Source: Acidobacteria bacterium RIFCSPLOWO2_12_FULL_65_11 (GTDB lineage: Bacteria > Acidobacteriota > Vicinamibacteria > Vicinamibacterales > CAVVIG01). Taken from it: a stretch of DNA of 64,000 bases. The notes below the pieces were generated by a model. It saw only the letters and a program-made list of their open reading frames with translations, was not told the origin of the DNA and searched no databases. The stretch is from the NCBI GenBank assembly GCA_001767495.1, contig MELA01000141.1:933-64932 (forward strand). The letters are read 5' to 3'. Shown piece by piece: positions 47,517 to 56,472 of the stretch. Positions within the stretch are counted from its first letter, which is position 1, and every line of letters starts with the position of its first letter. The position numbers were made by a program, and so were the translations under genes.

Positions 47517-49553
47517 TCACTGCCGGAACGCGCGTGTCGCGGCCGAGTACTCCAGCATCTGCTTCGTGAAGTCCAGCGGATAGGAAATCTTCACATCCGC
47601 GATCTCGCCCGCGAGGTTCGTCACCGGCTCCAGCTTCGGCATCACGAACCCGGTATAGGACGGGAGGCGCAGCCGCTCCACGCGTGCGACGACTTCGTCT
47701 CGCAGTTTCGAATCGAAGTGGACGCCGTGGGTCTCGAACAACTGCTTCGCCACCGCGTAATCGCCCTCCCCTTTGATGCGCTGGACCTCGGCGAGCAGAC
47801 GACCGACGCCGTCGTGGAACGCATCCTTGTCGGTCATCACGTAGTACGTCTTCCCGTCGCGCGTCCGCACGTCGATGGCCTTGGTGTTCGCCATCAGCCA
47901 GTGCACGATCATCTGGCGGTTCCGCATGTGGTCTTCCTCGATCTGCGTGCCCTGGCGGATGCGGCGGAGCTGGACGATCGCATTGCGCGTGTAGCCCTCG
48001 AACTCGGCCGCCACGATCTCGTCGTGATCCTCCTTCGCCAGGATGCCGAGCTCGACCAGCTTGGGATTGGGCAGGAAGTACAGCGCGACGAGATCCGCGC
48101 GCGCCTCTTCGAGCGCCGAGAACTGCTCTTTGAGGGCCGCCTGCGGGTTGCCGGCCAGCCTCTCGGCCACCTTTCCTGACGCATGCCCGATGACTTCGTG
48201 CATGTTGGTCGTCAGCTCGCCGGCAAACGCCGCCCACTTCGACGCGCGGGCGGCCTCCTCGGGCGTCCACGTGAACTCGGTCCGAAACTCTGGCAGTGTG
48301 GACTTGTCGTAGGCCTCATTCACGTTCGAGAGTGACACCGACTTGCTGCCGTACTGCTCGCGAACCGCTTGATCGTTTGGCAGGTTGATCCCGACCGGCG
48401 TCACCGGCCCCGAATCGCCCGTCTCGATGACGACGTCGATGGCGTTGGCGGTGATGCCCTGGACGCCCTGCTTCTTGTACTTGGCGTCCCACGGCATCCG
48501 GTCCTCGAACCACTGCGCGTTGGCCGCGATCGTCTGGATGTTGGACGTCTTCTCGCGGTTCACGTAGAAGACGAGCCCCTCCCAGGCGCCCTTGATGCTG
48601 CGGGCGTCGAGATACACTTCGATGAAGCCGTTGATCGTATCGACCGGCGAGGCCTTGTCTTTCACCCAGGCGATGTCGTACCCCTCTCGGTCTTTCGTCT
48701 CGCCCGTCTTGTAGAACGTGATGAGCGCGCGAATCGCCTCCGCCATCGGCTCGGTCGCGTACGGAATGGCGTCCTGGAGATGCTTGACGATGGCTGAGAT
48801 CTGCGAACCGTATCGGCCGCCGATTCGGTACACCTCTTCGACGATGGCGCCGTTGCTCTTCACCAGTCGAGAGTTGAGCGGACTGCTCTCGCGAAAGCCC
48901 TCCAGATCCTTCATCGACAGGCCGACGTACAGATTGTTCGAGCTCGCCGTCAGGATGTCCTTGCCGGCCGGTGGCGTCTTGTTCGTGACGATGGGATCGA
49001 CGTTCGGATCGAAAAACGCCGGCCGCAGCCGCGCGAGCAAGGCATCGAGCGTTTCGCCGCTCCTCAGCGGGAACTTCGCACCGGCCTTTTCCGCTGCGTG
49101 CGCCGCGGCGGCAAATGCCTCGGGCGTGCACTGGAGAACGAACTTGCGCGCCGTCAGGTTATTGTGCGGGCCGTTGTTGATCCAAAAGAGCTTCGTGTAG
49201 CGCGTGACTTCGGCCAGTGTCGGCCCGTCGATCCCGCTTGCCTGAGTGATGATGGCCTCGAGCACGTCGCGCATCTCGAGGCTCGGTGCGTACTTCTGGT
49301 CGTAGAAGATGTCGCGGCCGGAGAGCGCCGCCTGATACAGGTGCCAGACAAGCGTTTTCTCCCTGAGCGACAGCGCCGCAAACCCATCGGCGTATATCTG
49401 CACGACCGCGGCGTCGTCTACGCGCTCGAGGAGATACGTGCGCTCCGCGGCTGGCGCCGCAGCAGGCGTTGGAGTCGTCGTGTTCGCAGTGTCGCCGCTT
49501 CCGCAGGCGACGGTTCCGACAATGGTCATGACGAAGGCAAGCCTTTTCAACAT
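47517..49553 (-). CDS. peptidase family M49 (dipeptidyl-peptidase III-like)
   Basis: HEVIGHASG and EEARADLVALYF Zn-binding motifs (HExxGH / EExxAxD). N-terminal signal peptide. Confidence 0.85.
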   Translation of the reverse strand: MLKRLAFVMTIVGTVACGSGDTANTTTPTPAAAPAAERTYLLERVDDAAVVQIYADGFAALSLREKTLVWHLYQAALSGRDIFYDQKYAPSLEMRDVLEAIITQASGIDGPTLAEVTRYTKLFWINNGPHNNLTARKFVLQCTPEAFAAAAHAAEKAGAKFPLRSGETLDALLARLRPAFFDPNVDPIVTNKTPPAGKDILTASSNNLYVGLSMKDLEGFRESSPLNSRLVKSNGAIVEEVYRIGGRYGSQISAIVKHLQDAIPYATEPMAEAIRALITFYKTGETKDREGYDIAWVKDKASPVDTINGFIEVYLDARSIKGAWEGLVFYVNREKTSNIQTIAANAQWFEDRMPWDAKYKKQGVQGITANAIDVVIETGDSGPVTPVGINLPNDQAVREQYGSKSVSLSNVNEAYDKSTLPEFRTEFTWTPEEAARASKWAAFAGELTTNMHEVIGHASGKVAERLAGNPQAALKEQFSALEEARADLVALYFLPNPKLVELGILAKEDHDEIVAAEFEGYTRNAIVQLRRIRQGTQIEEDHMRNRQMIVHWLMANTKAIDVRTRDGKTYYVMTDKDAFHDGVGRLLAEVQRIKGEGDYAVAKQLFETHGVHFDSKLRDEVVARVERLRLPSYTGFVMPKLEPVTNLAGEIADVKISYPLDFTKQMLEYSAATRAFRQ

Positions 49554-49557
49554 ACAC

Positions 49558-49585
49558 GGTCCGGCTGAAGCCGGACACTACGTAC
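49558..49585 (-). repeat. REP-like unit P (reverse)
   Basis: GGTCCGGCTGAAGCCGGACACTACGTAC fills the 33-nt gap between two minus-strand genes. Confidence 0.9.
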
Positions 49586-49586
49586 T

Positions 49587-51035
49587 TTACTTCAGCTCGA
49601 CCTGTTCGAGATGTTTGGCAATGTGCACGGGCCAGCCTTTGGCCTGGATTCGAGCGGCGAGCGCCTCGAGCGCCACCGCCTCGCCATGCACGAGATGGGT
49701 CATCGACGGCGCCCGGGAAAAGCCTGACAGCCAGCGCACGATCTCGCCCGCATCGGCGTGCGCCGACATCGAGTCCAGCCGCTCGATCCGTGCCGCCACC
49801 GGCACCATCCGCCCGTGCATCTTGACCTGCGTGGCTCCGTCGCACAGATGGCGACCGCGCGTGCCGGCGGCCTGATAGCCGACAAACATGACGGTGGTTC
49901 GAGCGTCGGGCAGCGCCGCCTCCAGGTGATGGAGCACGCGACCGCCGGTGGCCATCCCGCTCGCGGCGATGACAATGGATGGCGTATGTGATGCCGTAAG
50001 CGCTTTGGACTGCTCGACGGAGGCAACGGTCGTCATGCGGCGCGTGCAAAACGCATCGAGATCTCGAGCGGCAGCTCGCGTTGCCATAGTCCGGCGAGAG
50101 CCGGACACGACATCGGCAGGATCGGAGAGAGCGGGATGGCGGTCTGGGGCGTCGAGCTCGGACGAGCGGCGCCGGTAGAACTCCAGAGCCGCGGCGGCCA
50201 TCGGGCTGTCGACGTACACCGGCAGGGTGGGAATACTCCCGGCCTCCTCGAGCCGCTTGAGCCAGTACAGCACCTCTGCGACGCGCCCTATGGCGAACGA
50301 CGGGATGATGAGCTTGCCGCCACGGGCGAACGTCTCACCGACAATGTCCGCCAGTCGCCTTCCTTCGTCATCCGGCAGATGCAAACGATCGCCGTAGGTC
50401 GATTCAAGCAGCAGCACGTCCGCCTCGTCGACCGGCGACGGATCGGGTAGGACCGGCCGGCCGTAGCGTCCGAGGTCGCCGCCGAAGAGAATCGTCCGGC
50501 CGCCGACCTTGACGCGTGCGTACGCCGAGCCGAGCAAATGGCCGGCGTTGATGAACTCGACCTCGACGCCAGCCGCCACGGGAACGGGCCGGTTGTAGCC
50601 GACCGGCTGCAACTGGGCGAGCGCGCGCGCGGCGTCGGCCGACGTGTAGAGCGGCTCGGCCGGATGGTGCTTCGAGTAGCCGTGCTTGTTGGACTGTCGA
50701 GCGTCCTCTTCTTGAAGGCGCGCGGAATCGGGCAGCACGAGCGTGCACAGATCGCGCGTGCCGGGCGTGCAGAAGATGCGGCCGCGAAAGCCTTGCGCGA
50801 CCAGGCGCGGCAGCTGACCGCAGTGATCGAGATGCGCGTGCGTGAGGATCACCGCACCGATGCTCGCAGGATCGAGGGGAAACGGGGCCCAGTTGCGGAG
50901 CCGCAGCTCCTTGAGCCCCTGAAACATGCCGCAGTCGACGAGGATCCGGCGGTCGCCGAGATCGAGCAGGTGTTTCGATCCGGTGACGGTACCGGCGGCT
51001 CCGAGAAACGTCAGCGACGCCATCGAACTACGCAT
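49587..51035 (-). CDS. MBL-fold metallo-hydrolase with beta-CASP / RNA-specificity domain
   Basis: LTHAHLDHCG motif, beta-CASP segment and C-terminal HLVHGE. An alternative ATG at 51023 is possible. Confidence 0.85.
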   Translation of the reverse strand: MRSSMASLTFLGAAGTVTGSKHLLDLGDRRILVDCGMFQGLKELRLRNWAPFPLDPASIGAVILTHAHLDHCGQLPRLVAQGFRGRIFCTPGTRDLCTLVLPDSARLQEEDARQSNKHGYSKHHPAEPLYTSADAARALAQLQPVGYNRPVPVAAGVEVEFINAGHLLGSAYARVKVGGRTILFGGDLGRYGRPVLPDPSPVDEADVLLLESTYGDRLHLPDDEGRRLADIVGETFARGGKLIIPSFAIGRVAEVLYWLKRLEEAGSIPTLPVYVDSPMAAAALEFYRRRSSELDAPDRHPALSDPADVVSGSRRTMATRAAARDLDAFCTRRMTTVASVEQSKALTASHTPSIVIAASGMATGGRVLHHLEAALPDARTTVMFVGYQAAGTRGRHLCDGATQVKMHGRMVPVAARIERLDSMSAHADAGEIVRWLSGFSRAPSMTHLVHGEAVALEALAARIQAKGWPVHIAKHLEQVELK

Positions 51036-51892
51036 TGTATAGTGACAGCGTGACTGATCTCTTGACGGCGCTTCGTTCTGGTACGTCTGTCTTCGGGGCG
51101 GAACTGCGGCCGCCGCGGGCCGAGCTCGCGATGGCCGAAGGGATGGACGCCTGGATCGACACGTATCACGCCGTGCGGCGTCTCACGCACCAGCGCCGGT
51201 TCGTGTTCCTGACCGACAACGCCGTCGGCGCCGAGGAGGAAAACAACCTGCGACACCTGGTGACCAATCTCGGCGACGACGCCCCTCGGGAGCGCGTCGT
51301 GCCGTTTCTGACGACGAAGCATTCGGTGGAGTACTGCCTGTCGTACGCCGAGCGCGCGCACCAGAGCGGCTTTTCAGCCCTGGTCGTCCTCGGCGGCGAT
51401 CAGACGGTGGGCCCGCCCCGATGCGTCGAGCACGCCTGGCAACTCCGGCAGATGCTGCGCGAGCACGATCAGACGATTACACTCGGTGGCTGGGCGAACC
51501 CGCACGCCGATCCCGAACGTCAGGTGGATTATCTCGGGTCACCGAACGTCCATGCCGAGTTCTTCCTGACGCAGATCGTCAGCCACCACCACACCGGGGC
51601 GGTCGCGCGGTTTGTCGAGACGGCCGAGCGGCGCGGGCTGACGCTCCCCGGCGTGTTCGGCGTGTTCTTCTACCGCAGCGCGAACCGCCGCACGCTCGAC
51701 GCGCTCCAGAGTTTTCTGCCGGTACCGGTTGACGAGCTGTCGCGGGAGTTCGCGGCCGGCGCGACGGCCGAAGAGATCTGCGCCCGAACGATTCGCGCGC
51801 TGAAGGAGGCCGGCGCGCGGCATTTCTACATCAGCAATCTACCCATCGGCCGGGCCCAGAACGTGCTGGCGACGATCCTGGACAGAATCTAA
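51035..51892 (+). CDS. methylenetetrahydrofolate reductase-like (MTHFR family) protein
   Basis: AELRPP, LVVLGGD, FFLTQIV and HFYISNLP segments recalled from the MTHFR fold. The start (TTG 51035 or GTG 51050) is uncertain. Confidence 0.6.
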   Translation: MYSDSVTDLLTALRSGTSVFGAELRPPRAELAMAEGMDAWIDTYHAVRRLTHQRRFVFLTDNAVGAEEENNLRHLVTNLGDDAPRERVVPFLTTKHSVEYCLSYAERAHQSGFSALVVLGGDQTVGPPRCVEHAWQLRQMLREHDQTITLGGWANPHADPERQVDYLGSPNVHAEFFLTQIVSHHHTGAVARFVETAERRGLTLPGVFGVFFYRSANRRTLDALQSFLPVPVDELSREFAAGATAEEICARTIRALKEAGARHFYISNLPIGRAQNVLATILDRI

Positions 51893-51899
51893 GAGCTTA

Positions 51900-51963
51900 T
51901 TCACAACCGTAGTGTCCGGCTTCAGCCGGACCTGGAAGTCCGCCTAAAGGCGGACACTACAGG
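51900..51963. repeat. REP-like P/Q dimer with a partial left MITE arm (TTCACAACCGTAG)
   Basis: GTAGTGTCCGGCTTCAGCCGGACC TGGAA GTCCGCCTAAAGGCGGACACTAC. Confidence 0.9.
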
Positions 51964-51972
51964 TTATGGCGC

Positions 51973-52713
51973 TCACTTCACGTGACGGCCGCCGTCGACG
52001 CGCAGCGTCTCGCCGGTCATGAAGTCGCCGTCGAGAAGCGCGAGGACCATCTTGGCGATCTCGATCTCGCCTCCCCAGCGGCCCAGCGGGGTCGCCTGCT
52101 CGACCGCCCGAGATTCTTCGTCGGTCGTACCTGGCGGCGCCAGGATAGGCCCAGGGGCGATGGCATTGACGAGGATCTTGTCGGACGCGAGCTCGAGTGC
52201 CAGCGCCTCGGTCAACGCGATCACGCCGGCTTTGGCGACGTAGTACGGCAGGTAGCCTCGATAGCGTGGGCGGCCGCTCTTCGCCGTCCAGTCGCTGAAA
52301 TTGATGATGCGGCCGCCGCCCTGCTTGCGCATGTGCGGCACGGCGCTACGCGCGCAGAGAAAGGCGGCGCGCAGATCGACATCCACCGTCGTGTCCCAGT
52401 CGGCGGCCGTCAGCGCGTCGAACGGCCGCTCGATGAAGACCGACGCCATGTTGATCAGGATGTCGAGCCGGCCGAGCGCCTCGATCGCGGCAGAGACGAG
52501 ACCCTCGCACCCTTCAGGCCGCGAGAGGTCGGCTTGAAGAACGGCCGCCCGCCGGCCTGCCGCGCGCACGTGCGCGGCCGCCTGCTCGGCTTCGGCCCGC
52601 GAGCGCGCGTAGGCCAGCGCGACATCGACACCGCGCGCGGCAAGCTCGCCAGCGACGACCATCCCGATGCGCCTGCCACCGGTGATCAGCGCGACTTTGT
52701 TGGTGAGGTCCAC
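51973..52713 (-). CDS. SDR-family oxidoreductase
   Basis: KVALITGGRRIG (TGxxxG), NMAS and YYVAKAG (YxxxK). Start set to GTG 52713. Confidence 0.88.
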   Translation of the reverse strand: MDLTNKVALITGGRRIGMVVAGELAARGVDVALAYARSRAEAEQAAAHVRAAGRRAAVLQADLSRPEGCEGLVSAAIEALGRLDILINMASVFIERPFDALTAADWDTTVDVDLRAAFLCARSAVPHMRKQGGGRIINFSDWTAKSGRPRYRGYLPYYVAKAGVIALTEALALELASDKILVNAIAPGPILAPPGTTDEESRAVEQATPLGRWGGEIEIAKMVLALLDGDFMTGETLRVDGGRHVK

Positions 52714-52728
52714 AAGACCAAATGCAAC

Positions 52729-52752
52729 CACGAAAACACGAAAACACGAAAA
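52729..52752. repeat. tandem octamer CACGAAAA x3 in a divergent promoter region
   Basis: Read directly, 16 nt upstream of the proposed SDR start. Confidence 0.85.
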
Positions 52753-52904
52753 GGAATCTGCAATATAATCAGCGCCTCGGCGGTGGAGTCCGCCATTAAC
52801 CGTCACGCTCCTTCGTGTGGCCAATGACTCCTGCGGGCGGCACGTCCCGTGGGAATCCCCTCCCGGCCGCATCAGCCTGCAAAAATGCACAGCGAAGGAG
52901 GGCC

Positions 52905-54074
52905 ATGCCTGATTTGGCGACAGCGACGATCCTCGCCGCACTCATCCTGGCTGCCTCGATTGTCTCGGTGGAATTCGGCATTTCTGTCGCGGTCATCGAG
53001 ATCGGCCTGGGCGTGGTTGGGGCGAGTCTGTTCGGCCTCCGGCCGACGCCGTGGATTGATTTTATCGGCAGCTTCGCGGGCATCGTCCTGACCTTCCTAG
53101 CCGGCGCGGAAGTCGATCGGACGCTGCTTCGGCGCGAGTGGAAACCCGCGCTTCTGATTGGAGGCTTGTCCTTCCTGTTGCCGTTCGTGGGCGTCGCGTT
53201 GTTCGCACGACTGGTCGCCGGCTGGAAGATGGATCAGGCATTGATTGCGGGCATCGCGTTGTCGACGACCTCGCTTGCCGTTGTCTATGCCGTCCTCATC
53301 GAAACGAGACTCGCCGCGACCGAACTGGGCAAGATCCTCATGGCCGCGACGTTTGTCACGGATTTCGGGACGGCGCTTGCGCTTTCCGTGCTGTTCGTGC
53401 AACCGACACCCTCTCTCGCCCTCTTCATCGTCGTCTCGATCGCGATCGTTGGCGTCATGGTCGCCTTCGAGCGGCCCTTCTTCGCGCGGTACGGCGCACG
53501 TGTCATCGAACCGGAAATCAAGGGCGCGTTTCTCGCCCTGTTTGTCCTCATGTGGACGGCGGACCTGGCCAAGTCGCATGCGGTGCTCCCCGCCTTCCTC
53601 CTCGGCCTGGCGGTCGCCGATGTATTCAAACGCCATCCCGAGGAGCAGCGCCGTTTCCGGATCGTGTCGTTCGCCTTCCTGACACCGATGTTCTTCCTAA
53701 AGGGCGGCCTCAACGTCGACGTGAGGCAACTGGCTGCGGGCGGATGGCTGCTGCTGGGGTTTCTCGTTGTGAAGATCGCGACCAAGTTCATCGGCGTGCT
53801 GCCGGCGGCCCGGCGCTACGTCCAGCCGTACGCGGTGTTCACGACACTGCTGATGAGTACAGGGCTCACCTTCGGCACCATTTCATCCCTCTACGGTCTC
53901 AATGCGGGGATCATCGACCGGCAGCAGTTCACGATTCTCATCGGCGCGGTCATCGGTTCGGCCATCGTCCCGACGATCATCGCCCAGCGATGGTTTGCAC
54001 CGCCCGTGCACGTCCTGAGCGCCGACGAGATGGCGGACGCCGAAGACGAAGAATTCGAGCCGCGGTCGCGTTAG
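52905..54074 (+). CDS. cation:proton antiporter (Na+/H+ exchanger family)
   Basis: GAAGGAGG RBS before ATG 52905. About 12 TM segments. GIVLTFLAGAEVD motif. Confidence 0.85.
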   Translation: MPDLATATILAALILAASIVSVEFGISVAVIEIGLGVVGASLFGLRPTPWIDFIGSFAGIVLTFLAGAEVDRTLLRREWKPALLIGGLSFLLPFVGVALFARLVAGWKMDQALIAGIALSTTSLAVVYAVLIETRLAATELGKILMAATFVTDFGTALALSVLFVQPTPSLALFIVVSIAIVGVMVAFERPFFARYGARVIEPEIKGAFLALFVLMWTADLAKSHAVLPAFLLGLAVADVFKRHPEEQRRFRIVSFAFLTPMFFLKGGLNVDVRQLAAGGWLLLGFLVVKIATKFIGVLPAARRYVQPYAVFTTLLMSTGLTFGTISSLYGLNAGIIDRQQFTILIGAVIGSAIVPTIIAQRWFAPPVHVLSADEMADAEDEEFEPRSR

Positions 54075-54076
54075 GA

Positions 54077-54100
54077 ATGGCAGGATGGCAGGATTGCAGG
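54077..54100. repeat. tandem octamers ATGGCAGG ATGGCAGG ATTGCAGG at a convergent gene junction
   Basis: Reverse complement of the CCTGCCAT array at 62063-62094. Confidence 0.85.
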
Positions 54101-54104
54101 GGCC

Positions 54105-54488
54105 TCAGACCCCAGCGGCTGCTGCAGCGCGCTGTGCATCGTCGACGCCGAGGACGACCATCGCCATGGGACTGCCTTCGGCCGCGCCGCCGTACGCGTA
54201 TTCAACGTTGATGTTCGCGTCGCCGACCAGCCGCAACGCGGGCGCGAGCGAGCCGGGGGTATTGGAGATCGTCATCACGATGACGTCGCGCTCGGTGACC
54301 TGATGATGCCGGTCGCGCAGCACCGCCGCGCCGTGGACGTGATTGTCGACCACGAGACGCAGGTGGCCGGCGGTGTCGAGCGACAGGGCCAGGATGCCCA
54401 CCCGTTCGTCGGAGAGAAGCCGGCACACGCCCGAGAGCGCGCCGGGACTGTTTGGAAGCCGCAGATTGAGCTCGGTACGGATCGCCAT
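54105..54488 (-). CDS. tandem ACT-domain protein
   Basis: LNLRLPNSPGALSGVCRLL and a second ISNTPGSLAPALRLV ACT-type beta-alpha-beta start. Start set to ATG 54488. Confidence 0.7.
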   Translation of the reverse strand: MAIRTELNLRLPNSPGALSGVCRLLSDERVGILALSLDTAGHLRLVVDNHVHGAAVLRDRHHQVTERDVIVMTISNTPGSLAPALRLVGDANINVEYAYGGAAEGSPMAMVVLGVDDAQRAAAAAGV

Positions 54489-54520
54489 GCCGAAGAGACT
54501 AGCAGGAGAACTGAAAATGA

Positions 54521-54613
54521 AAAAGGTAAAAGGCAAAAGGACAATGAATGCCCTCTTGCCTCTTACCTTTGCTCTCTACTTCTAAGTTTCGACTTTTGCC
54601 TTTTAACTTTCTA
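54521..54613. repeat. A/T-rich spacer with tandem heptamers AAAAGGN x3 and two inverted arrays (CCTCTTN x3, CTTTTNN x3)
   Basis: AAAAGGT AAAAGGC AAAAGGA; CCTCTTG CCTCTTA CCTTTGC; CTTTTGC CTTTTAA CTTTCTA. Confidence 0.75.
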
Positions 54614-55312
54614 CGCGAGTACTTTGATCACGACTCGCCGATTCTGGGCGCGGCCTTCCTTCGTGGTGTTCGGCGCGACCGGCTTCTCGTCGGCGTAGCT
54701 GATGACGTTCATCTTGTGCAGCGGGATCTGGTACTGCTGGTACAGATAGCGCTTCGTCGCTTCGGCGCGCTCGAGACCGACCCGCTCGTTGACTTCCTTG
54801 GGACCGACGTTGTCGGTGTGCCCTTCGATCTCGATAAAGACGTTCTTCGGATCCTGCTTGAGCTGCTGCACGATCCCGTCGAGCTTCTGCTTGACCTCGT
54901 CGGGCAGGCTCGCCTGACCGAACTTGAAGTTGCCGTTCTCCGAGTTCAGGACCACCTCGTACACCAGGCGGCGGTTCGACTTGTCGAGCACGTCGACCTT
55001 GGTGTTGACATCGGTTGCCGCCGTGCGCGCTGCCGCCGCCGCCGTGCCCGCCGCCGCCGCCGCCGTGTTGGCCTGCTGCGCCGACTGCGTAGCGGCGTTG
55101 GCCTTCTGATCGACTTCGCTGATGCGGCCCTCGTTGGTCCGCGTGCGCTCCTGCGTTTCCTCAATCGACCGGCCGAGCGAGTCGACCTTGGTGTTGAGCT
55201 CGGTACCGAGCTCGCCGACGCTGGTTTTCACAAACCCCTTGGACGCGCAGGCGGTCGAACCGCCAATCGCCAAGGCCGCAACTGGAACTGCTACAAAAAG
55301 CTTCCGCCACAT
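54611..55312 (-). CDS. OmpA-family protein with N-terminal coiled-coil/Ala-rich region
   Basis: C-terminal OmpA-like domain (IEGHTDNVGP..NRRVVIKV). Signal peptide. Confidence 0.88.
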   Translation of the reverse strand: MWRKLFVAVPVAALAIGGSTACASKGFVKTSVGELGTELNTKVDSLGRSIEETQERTRTNEGRISEVDQKANAATQSAQQANTAAAAAGTAAAAARTAATDVNTKVDVLDKSNRRLVYEVVLNSENGNFKFGQASLPDEVKQKLDGIVQQLKQDPKNVFIEIEGHTDNVGPKEVNERVGLERAEATKRYLYQQYQIPLHKMNVISYADEKPVAPNTTKEGRAQNRRVVIKVLA

Positions 55313-55323
55313 GATGGATCCTC

Positions 55324-56271
55324 CTAGCCCCTTCTGGGGCGAGATTGCCCCGCGTAATAACCCGTCCGGGTTCGAACAACCAGGTCCTTGTCCCGTGCAC
55401 GGACCACGAGCGGATGCCAGCCCGGTCTGGCGGTCGACTCGAACGCGATGAGATATTGATGCCTGAGCTCGTCAACGAGGTACCGTGCCGCCGCCTTGCG
55501 CTGGGCGGATGTGCCCGTCACGAACACCTGCCCGCCGGTACCCGTCGCCATGTCGCTCAACCGGCCGGCAAACGCGGGGTGGCCGGGCTCGTCGCCGGCG
55601 ACCGGGACTTCGGCCAGTGCAGTGTTGCTCGACCACACCAAACCGAAAATGTAGACCGGCACGTCGATCGTGCTGGCGGCCGACTGCACCTCACCCGGAC
55701 TCAGCCGGCTGGCGTTGTCGTCGCCATCGGTAAAGACGATGACGGCGCGGCGCCGACTGTCTTCGCGCGCGCCGAGGCGTTCGGCCACCTGAAAAATCGC
55801 GTCGTACAGCGATGTCTTGCCGAAGGGCTTGACACCCGACAACGTCTCGGGAAGCGCTCCCAGGTCGGTCCGGAACGACGCGACTTCCTGCAGCTGTGTG
55901 TCGAATGCAAAGATGGCGGTTTCGTCTCGCGAGGATTCCAGTAAGCCCAGCACCTCGACCGCCGCTTCGCGCGCGTGGGCGAACTCGGCCTCCATGCTCC
56001 CGCTCGTGTCGAACAGCAGCGCCACGCTCAGGCCGGCCGCATCGCGCCTGAGATGGGTGATCGTCCGCGGCAACCCTGAATCGCGGACCTCGAAGTCGCT
56101 TGCCGACAGGTTTTCGACGAACCGGCCGGCACGGTCTCGCACGACCGCTGAGATCTGCACGGCGGTCACGCTCGACCGGAACGTCACGACCGGCGCCTCT
56201 TGGCTCGCCCCGACTGTCGGCCATACGCTGAGCGCGGTCACGACGAGCGTCGTCGCCCAGATGAGCCTCAT
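55324..56271 (-). CDS. VWA-domain protein (VWFA-related acidobacterial domain type)
   Basis: Signal peptide MRLIWATTLVVTALSVWPTVGA, then TFRSSV..DFEVRD, then MIDAS-like LLFDTSGSM. The upstream 233 codons of the ORF are rejected (antisense of the aminotransferase). Confidence 0.85.
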   Translation of the reverse strand: MRLIWATTLVVTALSVWPTVGASQEAPVVTFRSSVTAVQISAVVRDRAGRFVENLSASDFEVRDSGLPRTITHLRRDAAGLSVALLFDTSGSMEAEFAHAREAAVEVLGLLESSRDETAIFAFDTQLQEVASFRTDLGALPETLSGVKPFGKTSLYDAIFQVAERLGAREDSRRRAVIVFTDGDDNASRLSPGEVQSAASTIDVPVYIFGLVWSSNTALAEVPVAGDEPGHPAFAGRLSDMATGTGGQVFVTGTSAQRKAAARYLVDELRHQYLIAFESTARPGWHPLVVRARDKDLVVRTRTGYYAGQSRPRRG

Positions 56272-56396
56272 TGCGTGTGGATGAATAAGCAATTGTACTG
56301 CCATCTGTATCGGCTCGTAGTACCAAGCACTTAAGAGAATCACTCGCCGATGAGCATGGGAGTCCAACAACGGTGGGTGGCAGGAATGACACGGTG

Positions 56397-56424
56397 ACCA
56401 GTCGGCAGTCACCAGTCGGCAGTC
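56397..56424 (+). repeat. direct repeat ACCAGTCGGCAGTC x2
   Basis: Read directly. Same GTCGGCA core as the array at 57692-57730. Confidence 0.85.
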
Positions 56425-56472
56425 ATGCGCTGATGCGCTCGATCGCCAGGGGTCTCGCGGTAAGATGCCGAG

